From positions 1-64,000 of IMG/VR virus record IMGVR_UViG_3300017598_001140: a stretch of DNA of 64,000 nt. One strand, given 5' to 3'. This DNA comes from a virus. The number at the start of each line of letters is the position of its first letter. Within the stretch, counting starts at the first letter, position 1. The notes beneath the pieces are model-generated. The model had not been told where the DNA came from and ran no database searches. It saw only the letters and a list, made by a program, of their open reading frames with translations. This document shows positions 18,999 through 29,400 of the stretch, piece by piece. Made by a program: the position numbers and the translations under genes.

Positions 18999-19148
18999 CG
19001 AGGCTCGGCGCTCGTATGTGGCTTTCATTGGTTGCTATTTTCATAGCTTCTGAATTATCCTAGTATAAAAAAAATCCAGTATAACTTACGTTTTATTTTG
19101 CTTTTTTCACGTTTCGCGTTAGGCTTGCGTTGATACGGCATTGGAAGC

Positions 19149-19583
19149 GTGGAGATTATTTTGGAAACAGAAATTTGTGGGCAAAAAGAAGAATTCAGTA
19201 TCTTTGTTCCCATAGCAAAAGCAAACAAAGAAGAGCACACCGTGACAGGCGTTGTGCTTCAACCAGAAGTAACAGACGCTCAGGGCGATATTATGTCGGC
19301 CAATGTCATCAAACAGGCCGCGCACGATTTTCTCTCAAAGTACAATAAAAAAACAGAGCTTGGCTTCATGCACAAAAGTTTTAAGCGGCGTTTCGAGCTG
19401 CTTGAATCTTACGTTGCGCCAATGGATTTTGTTTTGAAAAGTGCTGTCATAAAAGCGGGTTCATGGATTGTGACCGTCAGGGTAAAAGAGACGAAAGTTT
19501 GGAAGATGATCAAGGACGGAAACATAACGGGGTTTTCGATTGGTGGGAAAGCAAAAGTTGTCATGGTGGAAGCTAATGACTAA
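19149..19583 (+). CDS. XkdF-like prohead serine protease
   Basis: GVVLQPE..DAQGD, AAHDF, GFMH, ESYVAP, GSW, ITGFSIGG. Confidence 0.88.
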   Translation: MEIILETEICGQKEEFSIFVPIAKANKEEHTVTGVVLQPEVTDAQGDIMSANVIKQAAHDFLSKYNKKTELGFMHKSFKRRFELLESYVAPMDFVLKSAVIKAGSWIVTVRVKETKVWKMIKDGNITGFSIGGKAKVVMVEAND

Positions 19584-20496
19584 TAAAACTAAAAGGCGTT
19601 TTGTGGCGCTTGCAGTCGACGAACTTTCGCTGGTGGATACGCCAGCTAACGAAAAAGAATTTGCCGTTGTCAAGCGGCTACAAACGGAGGAAGAAATGGC
19701 AATCGAAAAAGATACCAAAGTAGAGAAAGGCTCTGCCGAGGAAACCGACGAAAAAAGCATTGAGAAAAAAGCCGTTGGCGACGGTGTTGAGAAGGTAGAA
19801 ACAGAGGTTCCGGATACCAACGACGAAGCTGTCGAAAAAGCGATGGGGAAAGTCGTCGAAATGGTTGAAGGGATTGTCAAAAAATCCGAGAAAAAGAAGG
19901 AAGAAAAAGCCGAGGACGAGGACGAAGCCGAAGCCGAAGAAGAAGGCGGCGGAAAGAAGAAAGCGAAAGCGGAAAAGAAAGCGACTCCGCGAGAAGTTTT
20001 TGAAGAGCAGATGAAGAAAAACGGCGTGAAAGATGACGCGCTGAAAACTGCGCTTGAAGCCTTCGACGATTCGGCTGGCGTGGAGAAATCCGAAAAGCCC
20101 GAAGAAGAGGTTGAAAAGAGGAAGGACGACGAGGTTCTTGAGGCGCTTGAAGCTTCCATTGGAAAAGCCAAGAGATTCACGCCCGGCCGCATGGACACTT
20201 TGAAAAACGCCATTGGAACTTTGCAAAAACTTCTCGGCGAATTGACGCCTGCGGAAAAAGCAGTGGAAGAGGCCACAGAGGGAGCGCTTGAAGGCGGTTT
20301 AGGCTCGGCGGTTGCGAAGGCTCTCAAAGAATTCAACGTCAAACTCGACGGCGTGGTAGAGACTCAGAAAAATGTCGGCGAGAGAGTCAAGGAAATAGAA
20401 GAGGCGAGGAATCCGTCAGCGTCATTGGAAGAGGATGGCGAAACAGATACGGACGTGGTTGAAACAGAAAAAAGTCTTTGGAAGGGTGTTATCTAA
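19576..20496 (+). CDS. Capsid scaffold protein (long form; in-frame internal start at 19696)
   Basis: N-terminal ELSLVDTPAN, Glu/Lys-rich with repeated VEK[AS], C-terminal KSLWKGVI; position before MCP. Confidence 0.8.
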   Translation: MTNKTKRRFVALAVDELSLVDTPANEKEFAVVKRLQTEEEMAIEKDTKVEKGSAEETDEKSIEKKAVGDGVEKVETEVPDTNDEAVEKAMGKVVEMVEGIVKKSEKKKEEKAEDEDEAEAEEEGGGKKKAKAEKKATPREVFEEQMKKNGVKDDALKTALEAFDDSAGVEKSEKPEEEVEKRKDDEVLEALEASIGKAKRFTPGRMDTLKNAIGTLQKLLGELTPAEKAVEEATEGALEGGLGSAVAKALKEFNVKLDGVVETQKNVGERVKEIEEARNPSASLEEDGETDTDVVETEKSLWKGVI

Positions 20497-20546
20497 AAAA
20501 GGCCGCAAAAACAGGCCATAAGCCAAACGTTATACAGGAGGAAGAA

Positions 20547-21749
20547 ATGGCTCAGATACCAAACGAAGAATTGGTCCAGAAAGCGGTCATCACAGCAGAT
20601 GCATTGGCCGCAAGTGGAAAGCTAAACACTGCGCAATCAGACAAGTTTATCGATTATGTAGTCGATGAAAGTGTTCTGAAAAACAACGCGCGAGTGGTTC
20701 GCTTCAGGAATGAAGATCTCGACATCGATAAAATCGGGATTGGAACCAGGGCAGCCGTGCCGAAATCCGAAGCAGTTGATCCGGGTGTGCGTCGCGGAGT
20801 CAACACTTCAAAGATCACGCTGACACCAAAAGAGATCATGGTGCCGTTCGAGATTGGTGACACTTTCCGCGAAGTCAATCTCGAAGGTGAGAGCGTGGAA
20901 GATCACATCATCCAGATGTTCGCCAAGCAGCTTTCAAACGACCTCGAAGATCTCTATATCAACGGCAACCTATTGGGGCCGGGCGTATTGGAGTCCGAGC
21001 TTCTCGACGGCGGTTCAAGCTCTCTGTATGTCAAGGATTCTTACTTGGCATTGCAGGACGGTTGGAACCAAGCGGCTGAGAGCGGAAACGTGGTTGATGC
21101 GGAAGGCGCGAACATTGGTCTGAGCGTTTTCAATAAAGGCTTGCTTGCAATGCCTACCAAGTTTCGCAGGAATCGCGGAGCGCTCCGGTTTTTCACAAGT
21201 CCCGACCTTGCACAGATGTACATGGAGAAGCTGAGCACTCGTGCAACAGGTGCCGGTGACGAGGCTGCGCGTGGTCGTGGTCTGATGCCTTTCGGCGTGC
21301 CAATCACAGAGGTTCCGCTTCTGCAATATCTGCCGCCGGTTACAGAGCATGTGGTTCTCGACGACGTGACTCCTGTTTCATTGCTCAACAAGAATGTTTC
21401 CAATGTCGTTGTGACTCCGATCACATTGGGTGGCGCGCCAACCGCTGCTTATCCAAACGGCGGATCGGGTGGTTATATTCTCGACGCAGCCAACGGAACG
21501 CTTCTGTCCTACGATAGTGGCTCCGGTCTTGACACCGAAACCGTGAAGGTCACGTACTCGGCGAGTCCGCAAATTCTTTTGACCCATATGAACAACTTCA
21601 TCATTGGGATTGGAAGAGACATCCGGATCGAAAAAGACAGAGACATCTTCAAGGGCGTGAATCAGTATGCGATCACGGCGAAAGTGTCTGTCAATTTTGA
21701 AGAAGACAGCGCGATTGTCAAAATTCGCAATGTCGGAACTGGCGTCTGA
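20547..21749 (+). CDS. Major capsid protein (HK97 fold)
   Basis: AGGAGG SD; LVQKA propeptide, GKLNTAQSDKFID, NDLEDLYING, IRIEKDRDI; contains an insertion domain. Confidence 0.92.
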   Translation: MAQIPNEELVQKAVITADALAASGKLNTAQSDKFIDYVVDESVLKNNARVVRFRNEDLDIDKIGIGTRAAVPKSEAVDPGVRRGVNTSKITLTPKEIMVPFEIGDTFREVNLEGESVEDHIIQMFAKQLSNDLEDLYINGNLLGPGVLESELLDGGSSSLYVKDSYLALQDGWNQAAESGNVVDAEGANIGLSVFNKGLLAMPTKFRRNRGALRFFTSPDLAQMYMEKLSTRATGAGDEAARGRGLMPFGVPITEVPLLQYLPPVTEHVVLDDVTPVSLLNKNVSNVVVTPITLGGAPTAAYPNGGSGGYILDAANGTLLSYDSGSGLDTETVKVTYSASPQILLTHMNNFIIGIGRDIRIEKDRDIFKGVNQYAITAKVSVNFEEDSAIVKIRNVGTGV

Positions 21750-21754
21750 TAAAA

Positions 21755-21797
21755 GCGTGTTGACCGGCTGATCGTGAGCATTGGCCGGTCGGTGTGC
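21755..21797 (+). promoter_or_regulatory. 18-bp RNA stem after MCP (stabiliser/processing site)
   Basis: 18 contiguous pairs including 7 G-U; no U-tract. Confidence 0.5.
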
Positions 21798-21824
21798 GCA
21801 GCCATTGCTTGGAGGTACTCAAAG

Positions 21825-22217
21825 ATGGCAAAAGCAGAAATAAAATTGATGAAGGGTCGGTCTTTGACCGTTCGAGGCAGGAAGCTACTTCCCGGCTACC
21901 CTCAAACAATAACAGACGCCGCAGATATTCAATATTTCAAAGGTGTGAGCACTGTTCAAGTTACTGTATTGGAAGACAGCCCAAAGAAAGTCAGTGCGCC
22001 TGCGCCAGAGATTGAAAAGAAAGCGTCTGTTGAACCCAAACAAGAACCTAAAAACATGGAACCCGCAAAAAAGAGATTCAGTGAAGGGACGTTGAAAGAC
22101 ATGAACAAAACTGATTTGATTTCTGTGGCGACCGGAATGGGTCTTTACGTGGATAAAAGTGATAAGAAAAAAGTAATTATCACGGAGATCCTAGAGGCTC
22201 AGGACGCGGAGGAATGA
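21825..22217 (+). CDS. Head-associated protein with C-terminal Rho-N/HeH-like helical domain
   Basis: GGAGG SD; LKDMNKTDLISVA..MGL...KKVIITEIL. Confidence 0.6.
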   Translation: MAKAEIKLMKGRSLTVRGRKLLPGYPQTITDAADIQYFKGVSTVQVTVLEDSPKKVSAPAPEIEKKASVEPKQEPKNMEPAKKRFSEGTLKDMNKTDLISVATGMGLYVDKSDKKKVIITEILEAQDAEE

Positions 22218-22218
22218 C

Positions 22219-22584
22219 ATGCCGATAGTTCAGATGCCAAGAGGTGTGTCGCCTGTTCAAGTTGAGTTTGTTTTCAAGGGTAAAGACGCTGCCAAAGAAG
22301 AAGCTTCTTTCGAGCGCTCCGTGAAAGGAGCGATACATTTTAGGCCCGGTTGCACAAAGGTAATCACAAACGACGAGCTTGCTTATATCGAGAAGAATAA
22401 GAAAAAGCTTGCTGTTAAATTGCATGTAGTGCCGGGGACAAAAAATGTGTCGGTTAAAAAGGCCGAAAAAAAGGTCGAAGAAAAACCGGAAAAAGAAGAG
22501 CGGGAAACAGCGCGATCCGAGAAGCCAACAACAGGCGACAAAGGCGATAGGAATAAGAAGGGTAAGAAGTCGTCAGGCGGATAA
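22219..22584 (+). CDS. Hypothetical protein
   Basis: GGAGG SD; charged tail. Confidence 0.65.
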   Translation: MPIVQMPRGVSPVQVEFVFKGKDAAKEEASFERSVKGAIHFRPGCTKVITNDELAYIEKNKKKLAVKLHVVPGTKNVSVKKAEKKVEEKPEKEERETARSEKPTTGDKGDRNKKGKKSSGG

Positions 22585-22636
22585 AACGCATGGCAGATAA
22601 ATCCTTGCTAGGCTCTTAGCTCTATGAGGTAACGCC

Positions 22637-23092
22637 ATGATTAAACTTCACACCAACGACGGTCAAACAAATCGAATTGACCTCGGAGACGAACAGCAAG
22701 CTAGAGAATGGTTGAAACGCTTGAAAGATGCAGCTTTCCAGAAGACGATCACAGGTGTCTCTGTGCTGCAAAAATGCGGTGGCCATTTTCGTTGTCCGGC
22801 TTGTAGTCGATCATCAAAATTAATTTGCTCGCATTGCGGCTCTTCGGCTAACCAAGTGGAGTGCGGAACGGGCGTTCAATTTTCGCTGTCCAGACCTATT
22901 GGAATGGATGGTGTTTTCTATCTTGTCGAGAATATCGAGCCGGATAAAAAAACCAAAACAAAAGGCGGAGAAAAAGTTACTTGTTTTGCTGGCGAAAACA
23001 GGTTGACTTTAATGGTTCATCGGTGTCAATCGGCTGCGAAAATTTCTTTGTCGAAAACAGGGAAGCAAAGGTTTAATCCCAACGAGGTTTAA
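22637..23092 (+). CDS. Hypothetical zinc-ribbon protein
   Basis: CPAC...CSHC; GAGG SD. Confidence 0.65.
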   Translation: MIKLHTNDGQTNRIDLGDEQQAREWLKRLKDAAFQKTITGVSVLQKCGGHFRCPACSRSSKLICSHCGSSANQVECGTGVQFSLSRPIGMDGVFYLVENIEPDKKTKTKGGEKVTCFAGENRLTLMVHRCQSAAKISLSKTGKQRFNPNEV

Positions 23093-23440
23093 ATGGCGCG
23101 GAGTCTTCAAAAATTAAAGCAGATTGATACGCCGTTAGGGTACGACGATCAGAGGACCGGAGCCGAAGTTTCAAACACAGAAACAACGGCCGACGATTTG
23201 GAAAAAGTTTTCCACGGCATGCTGAGCCAGTTGAAGCGAATTATTCACGGTGAAGACGCCGGGAATTGGTTCGATAATATCAACTCTGTTTTTGGTGAAG
23301 ACGTTTCTTTAAAAGCTCTGTTGGCAAAGATTGGAACCGGCGGTGGTGGTGGTATTGATGAAGATAAAATCTTGGTAGAGCGAACAACAGGATTGGTTAT
23401 GATTCTCCGCGCTACCGGAAATGTATTGGTGAGAAGATGA
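23093..23440 (+). CDS. Hypothetical structural protein
   Basis: Translationally coupled to the giant fibre gene. Confidence 0.6.
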   Translation: MARSLQKLKQIDTPLGYDDQRTGAEVSNTETTADDLEKVFHGMLSQLKRIIHGEDAGNWFDNINSVFGEDVSLKALLAKIGTGGGGGIDEDKILVERTTGLVMILRATGNVLVRR

Positions 23441-26400
23441 GCTATCATGATGAGGTGCCTTTAGGGTCTGTTCATCAGCCGTGCAATTGGGAATACGCAG
23501 ACGCGGCCGCAAGAACCGGCGCGAGCGGCTTTGTGTCTGGCGACATTGGAAAGTTCGCCCGGCAATTGGATGACAATTCTGTTTGGATGCTAACTGCTGT
23601 TACTCCTACTTGGGGACAAATAAACGCCGATAATGCGCCACACGCAAGCGACCACGAAAATGGCGGTGCAGATGAAATAAATGTAGCGGGTTTAAGCGGA
23701 GTCTTGGCGGACGATCAAAATCCTGCGGCTCATGCATCGGATCACGAAAACGGAGGTGGCGACGAAGTGAGCGTGGCCGGGCTTTCAGGATTGCTTGCAG
23801 ACGACCAAAATCCAACAAGCCACGGAGCTGCGGCGCATAGCGGAAGCATTGGTTCTCATTCGCAAATAACATCGGTGGGTGAAGATGATCACCACGCTAA
23901 AACCCACGCCACGACTCACGAAAATGGCGGAGCGGACGAAATAAGCGTAGCAGGTTTAAGTGGACTTTTAGCAGACGATCAAAATCCAGCAAGCCACGCA
24001 AGCGAACACGAAAACGGCGGAGTCGATGAGATAAGTGTGGCAGGTTTAAGCGGAGAGCTTGCGGACGACCAACCACCGAAAGATCATGGCGCTGCGGAGC
24101 ATAGTGGGAGCATTGGAACGCACTCTCAAATAACATCGGTGGGTGAAGACGATCACCACGCTAAAACACACGCCACCACTCACCAAAACGGTGGTGCTGA
24201 TGAAATTAATGTGGCTGGTTTAAGCGGTGAATTAGCAGACGATCAAAATCCTGTGGCTCATGCATCGGAGCACGAGGACGGCGGCGCGGATGAAGTCAAC
24301 GTGGCAGGTTTAAGTGGAGAACTTGCGGACGATCAGCCACCAAAAGACCACGGCGCAGCCGCGCACAGCGGAAGCATAGGGACACATTCTCAGATAACAT
24401 CGGTCGGAGAAGACGATCACCATGCTAAAACCCACGCCACGACTCACCAAAATGGCGGAGCAGATGAGATAAGCGTAGCAGGTTTAAGCGGAGAACTTGC
24501 GGACGACCAACCGCCAAAAAATCACGCATCGGATCACTCTGACGGCGGCGGCGATGAAATCACAGTCGAAGATTTAGCCACCAGTGGAGGCTCAGGAACT
24601 GTCCCGATTTCGCAAGGGGATGGAAGCCTTGCGATGGGAGCGCCGACGCCTACAAGCCACGCTACGACCCACCAAAACGGTGGAGCTGACGAAATAAGTG
24701 TAGCTGGATTGAGCGGAGTTTTAGCAGACGATCAAAATCCAACAGCGCACGCATCGGAACACGAAAACGGTGGTGTTGATGAGATGAGCGTGGCCGGTTT
24801 AAGTGGAGAATTGGCAGACGATCAACCGCCGAAAAGCCACGGAGCTGCGGAGCATAGCGGAAGCATTGGAACGCACTCTCAAATAACATCGGTGGGAGCG
24901 GACGACCACCACAACCAATCGCATGGAGCAAGCGATCACAGTGGCGACATTGGTGCGGCGTCTCAAGTGACAAATGATTCGAGCGTTTCTGGCGCGAAAG
25001 TAAAAGAAGCACTTGAAACATTGGAGACGACAATCACGGCATTGGAAAACGGAAGGATACACCGCGACCCAGTTATCAATATAGTGGATTGCACGCAAGC
25101 GCCGCCGTCAGAAGTTTCTGGCGATAGGTTTATCATAGACAACACCATTGGAACGGTCCATGCGGATTACGACGGTGCCAGCAAAAATGACATAGTAGAC
25201 TTCAACGGCTCCACATGGGATGCATTTAGCCCGGTAGAAGGCTGGCTTGCTTATGTAGATTCGCAAAATCAAGATGCGTTGTTTATCGATGATGGAACAC
25301 CGCAATGGCAATTGAGGCCGGTTGCGGTTACTGACCACGCCGATTTGTCTAACGTAACGTCAGACCAGCACCACGCTAAAGACCACGCCGCCACTCACCA
25401 AAACGGCGGAGCAGATGAAATAAGTGTGGCTGGTTTAAGCGGACTTTTAGCAGACGATCAAAATCCGGTTTCCCATGCGAGTGAGCACGAAAACGGAGGC
25501 GGAGACGAGATCAGTGTGGCGGGGTTGAACGGGCTATTGGCGGACGACCAGAACCCAACAAGCCACGGCGCTGCCGCCCATAGTGGTTCTATTGGAACGC
25601 ACTCTCAAATAACAAGCGTCGGTGAAGATGACCATCACGCTAAAACCCACGCTACCACTCACCAAAACGGTGGAGCAGACGAAATTAGTGTAGCCGGATT
25701 GAGCGGAGAATTGGCGGATGATCAACCGCCGAAAAACCACGCGGCGGATCATTCCGATGGCGGTGGCGATGAAGTAACGGTCGAAGATTTAGCCACTAGC
25801 GGAGGGTCTGGAACCGTCCCGGTTTCACAAGGAGACGGAAGCTTGTCGATGGGAGCGCCTGCGCCTGCAACCCACGCCACGACTCACGAAAACGGTGGAG
25901 CGGATGAAGTTAGTGTAGCTGGATTGAGCGGACTTTTAGCAGACGATCAAAATCCAACGGCTCATGCGAGCGAACACGAAAACGGCGGAGTCGATGAGGT
26001 TAGCGTGGCTGGCCTAAGCGGAGAATTGGCGGACGATCAACCGCCTAAAGCACATGGTGCCGCCGCTCACAGTGGGAGTATTGGAACCCACTCTCAAATA
26101 ACATCGGTTGGTGAAGACGATCACCACGCTAAAACCCACGCTACCACTCATGAAAACGGTGGCGGCGACGAAATAAGTGTAGCAGGTTTAAGCGGCTTGT
26201 TGGCGGACGATCAAAACCCAACAGCTCACGCATCGGATCACCAAAGCGGCGGCGGTGATTCAATTAAATTGGATGACCTCGCAACACCGGACGACAATAC
26301 TGATTTGGACGCTACCACTGGGTTACATGGATTGCTTCCGAAACTCGGCGGAGGTACAACAAATTTTTTGAGAGCGGACGGAACGTGGTCGGCTCCGGGC

Positions 26401-29400
26401 GGTGCTCCTAGCGCGCACGCTTCAAGCCACGAGAACGGCGGCGGCGATGAGATAAGTGTAGCTGGTTTAAGTGGGGAATTGGCGGACGACCAGCCGCCGA
26501 AAAGTCACGGAGCTGCTGCGCACAGTGGGAGCATTGGAACGCACTCTCAAATAACATCGGTTGGAGAAGACGATCACCACGCTAAAACCCACGCCACCAC
26601 TCACCAAAACGGTGGTGCTGACGAAATAAGTGTGGCTGGTTTAAGCGGACTTTTAGCAGACGATCAAAATCCGACAAGTCACGCCTCGGAGCACGAAAAC
26701 ACAGGCGGTGACGAAATAAGTGTGGCCGGTTTAAGCGGACTTTTAGCAGACGATCAAAATCCGGTTTCTCATGCATCGGATCACCAAAGCGGCGGTGGTG
26801 ATTCAATCAAATTAGACGACCTCGCAACTCCAGACGACAACACCGATCTCGACGCTACCACTGGGTTACACGGTTTGCTGCCGAAGCTCGGCGGAGGTAC
26901 AACAAATTTTTTGAGAGCGGACGGAACGTGGAGCGCGCCGCCTACTCTTGGAGGTCACGCATCGGATCACGAAAACGGTGGAGCTGACGAAATAAGTGTG
27001 GCTGGTTTAAGCGGATTATTAGCAGACGATCAGAACCCGACAGCGCACGCATCGGAGCACGAAAACGCTGGAGTTGATGAGATAAGTGTAGCTGGTTTAA
27101 GTGGGGAATTGGCAGACGATCAACCGCCGAAATCACATGGAGCAGCAGCGCACAGCGGGAGCATTGGAACGCACTCTCAAATAACAAGTGTCGGCGAAGA
27201 TGATCACCACGCTAAAACCCACGCCACGACTCACCAAAACGGTGGAGCGGATGAGATAAGTGTAGCAGGTTTAAGCGGACTATTGGCGGACGATCAAAAT
27301 CCAGCAAGCCATGCATCGGATCACGAGAACGGCGGCGGAGACGAAATAAGCGTGGCTGGTTTAAGCGGAGAGCTGGCAGACGACCAGCCACCAAAGGCGC
27401 ATGCGTCGGCTCACTCTGACGGCGGTGGTGACGAAATCACGGTCGAAAATTTAGCCACCAGTGGAGGGTCTGGAACCGTCCCGGTTTCGCAAGGCGACGG
27501 AAGTTTGGCAATGGGAGCACCAGCGCCAGCGACACACGCCACAGCTCACGAAAACGGCGGTGGTGACGAAATAAGTGTAGCAGGTTTAAGTGGATTGTTA
27601 GCAGACGATCAAAATCCAACGGCTCATGCATCGGAGCACGAAAACGGTGGAGCCGACGAGATAAGTGTAGCGGGATTGAGTGGAGAATTGGCGGACGACC
27701 AGCCGCCGAAATCGCATGGGGCGGCGGCACATAGCGGGAGCATTGGAACGCACTCTCAAATAACATCTCTCGGAGTCGACGACCACCACGCGCAATTGCA
27801 CGCCGCTGCGCATCAAAACGGCGGCGGAGACGAAATAAGCGTGGCTGGTTTAAGCGGATTATTGGCGGACGATCAAAATCCAACAAGTCACGCATCGGAT
27901 CACCAAAGCGGTGGTGGCGATTCAATTAAATTGGACGACCTCGCAACACCAGACGACAACACGGATCTCGACGCTACCACTGGGTTACACGGTTTGCTTC
28001 CGAAGCTTGGTGGAGGCACGACAAATTTTTTAAGAGCAGACGGAACGTGGGCCGCGCCGGGTGGCGGAGGTTCTCATGCTTCAACCCACGAGAACGGCGG
28101 CGGAGACGAAATAAGTGTGGCTGGTTTAAGTGGTTTGCTTGCTGACGATCAAAATCCTACCGCCCATTCGAGCGACCATGAAGACGGTGGGGCTGACGAA
28201 ATTAATGTGGCAGGTTTAAGCGGAGAGCTTGCGGACGATCAGCCCCCTAAAGACCATGCAGCAAACCATACGGATGGAACGGACGATGTTCAAGACGGCA
28301 CAAATTCGCAAAAGGGTTTGGTAACTGCCGCTCAAATAACTTTGTTGGAAAGGTTGGAAACGTATCAAGCCGACGTGAACAAAACGGGGTTTTTAAATTA
28401 TACAGATTCCGTGCGCAGTTTTGTGAATGGAAGCATGACTTTTTCAATTCAACCGGCGGTGACTAGTTACGAATATTATATTGATGGGGTTAAGTACACA
28501 AAGACCGGAACGGATAATGTTGTCATTGATGACACTGAAGGATTGCATTACATTTATTTTGATGGGGCCACGTTAAAAAAGACAACAACTTTTAGCGTTG
28601 ATTTAGTCAAGATTTACGCCTTTGTTGCGGTCATTTATTGGGACGCAACAAATAACGTACAAATTTATTTTGGTGACGAACGCCATACTCCAATCATGGA
28701 TTGGAAAACGCATATGCGTTTGCACTTTGTTGTTGGTGGTTCAATTTCTGAAGGTGGTGGGTTGGGTGGTATTTTAGCCAACGACAGTGGGGGCGATGAT
28801 GAAGACGCAGAATTTTCGATTGAAGCTACAGAATTTTGGGATGAAGATATAAATATTTCCCACGGTGCAAAAAGTTCAACGGCGAATATTGGAGTGTATT
28901 CCAGAAGTGGCGTTGATGCATCGAAAATATGGCGTGTGGATGAAACGGCCAGCTTTGGCGTTATCACTACCGGGACAGGCCGCGCTGCTTGGAATGAATT
29001 AACTGGTGGAAGTTGGCAACAAACAGAAGTTTCTAATAATGATTTTGTTTTAGCACATGTTTTTACCTATAACGACCCGGACAGAAAGTTTGGAGTTTTT
29101 CAAGGTCAAAACACATATCCAACGGCTAGCCAAGCACGCGCGGCGGCTGAAGATTTAACAGAAATCAATGCGCTTATCACAGAGGGGTTGCCATTACCTG
29201 AATGGAAGTTTTTAGGGACGTTAATTTATCAGACTTCCAATGGTTATGGTAATGCCGTTAAATCAAGGATTCGCTCAACGTCCGATGGCGGTGATTATGT
29301 TGATTTGAGAGGCGCTTTGATTTCAAGAACCGGCACAGGCGTTGCCGGGACATTGGACATCGTAAATCTAACCACGTCAGAACTGGGAACGGCTTATTGG

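Noticed and set aside
19050-19085. Sixth copy of the bipartite promoter motif before the protease gene
   Set aside because: AATCCAGTAT matches the second box, but the TCA[AC]C box is absent at the required spacing
13771-20342. Long minus-strand ORFs (e.g. 13771-14763, 19461-20342)
   Set aside because: Antisense shadows of TerL and scaffold with no recognisable motifs; the + strand is fully coding
22591-22610. Sigma54 promoter TGGCAG...TTGCT
   Set aside because: GG-to-GC spacing is 13 nt rather than the required 10
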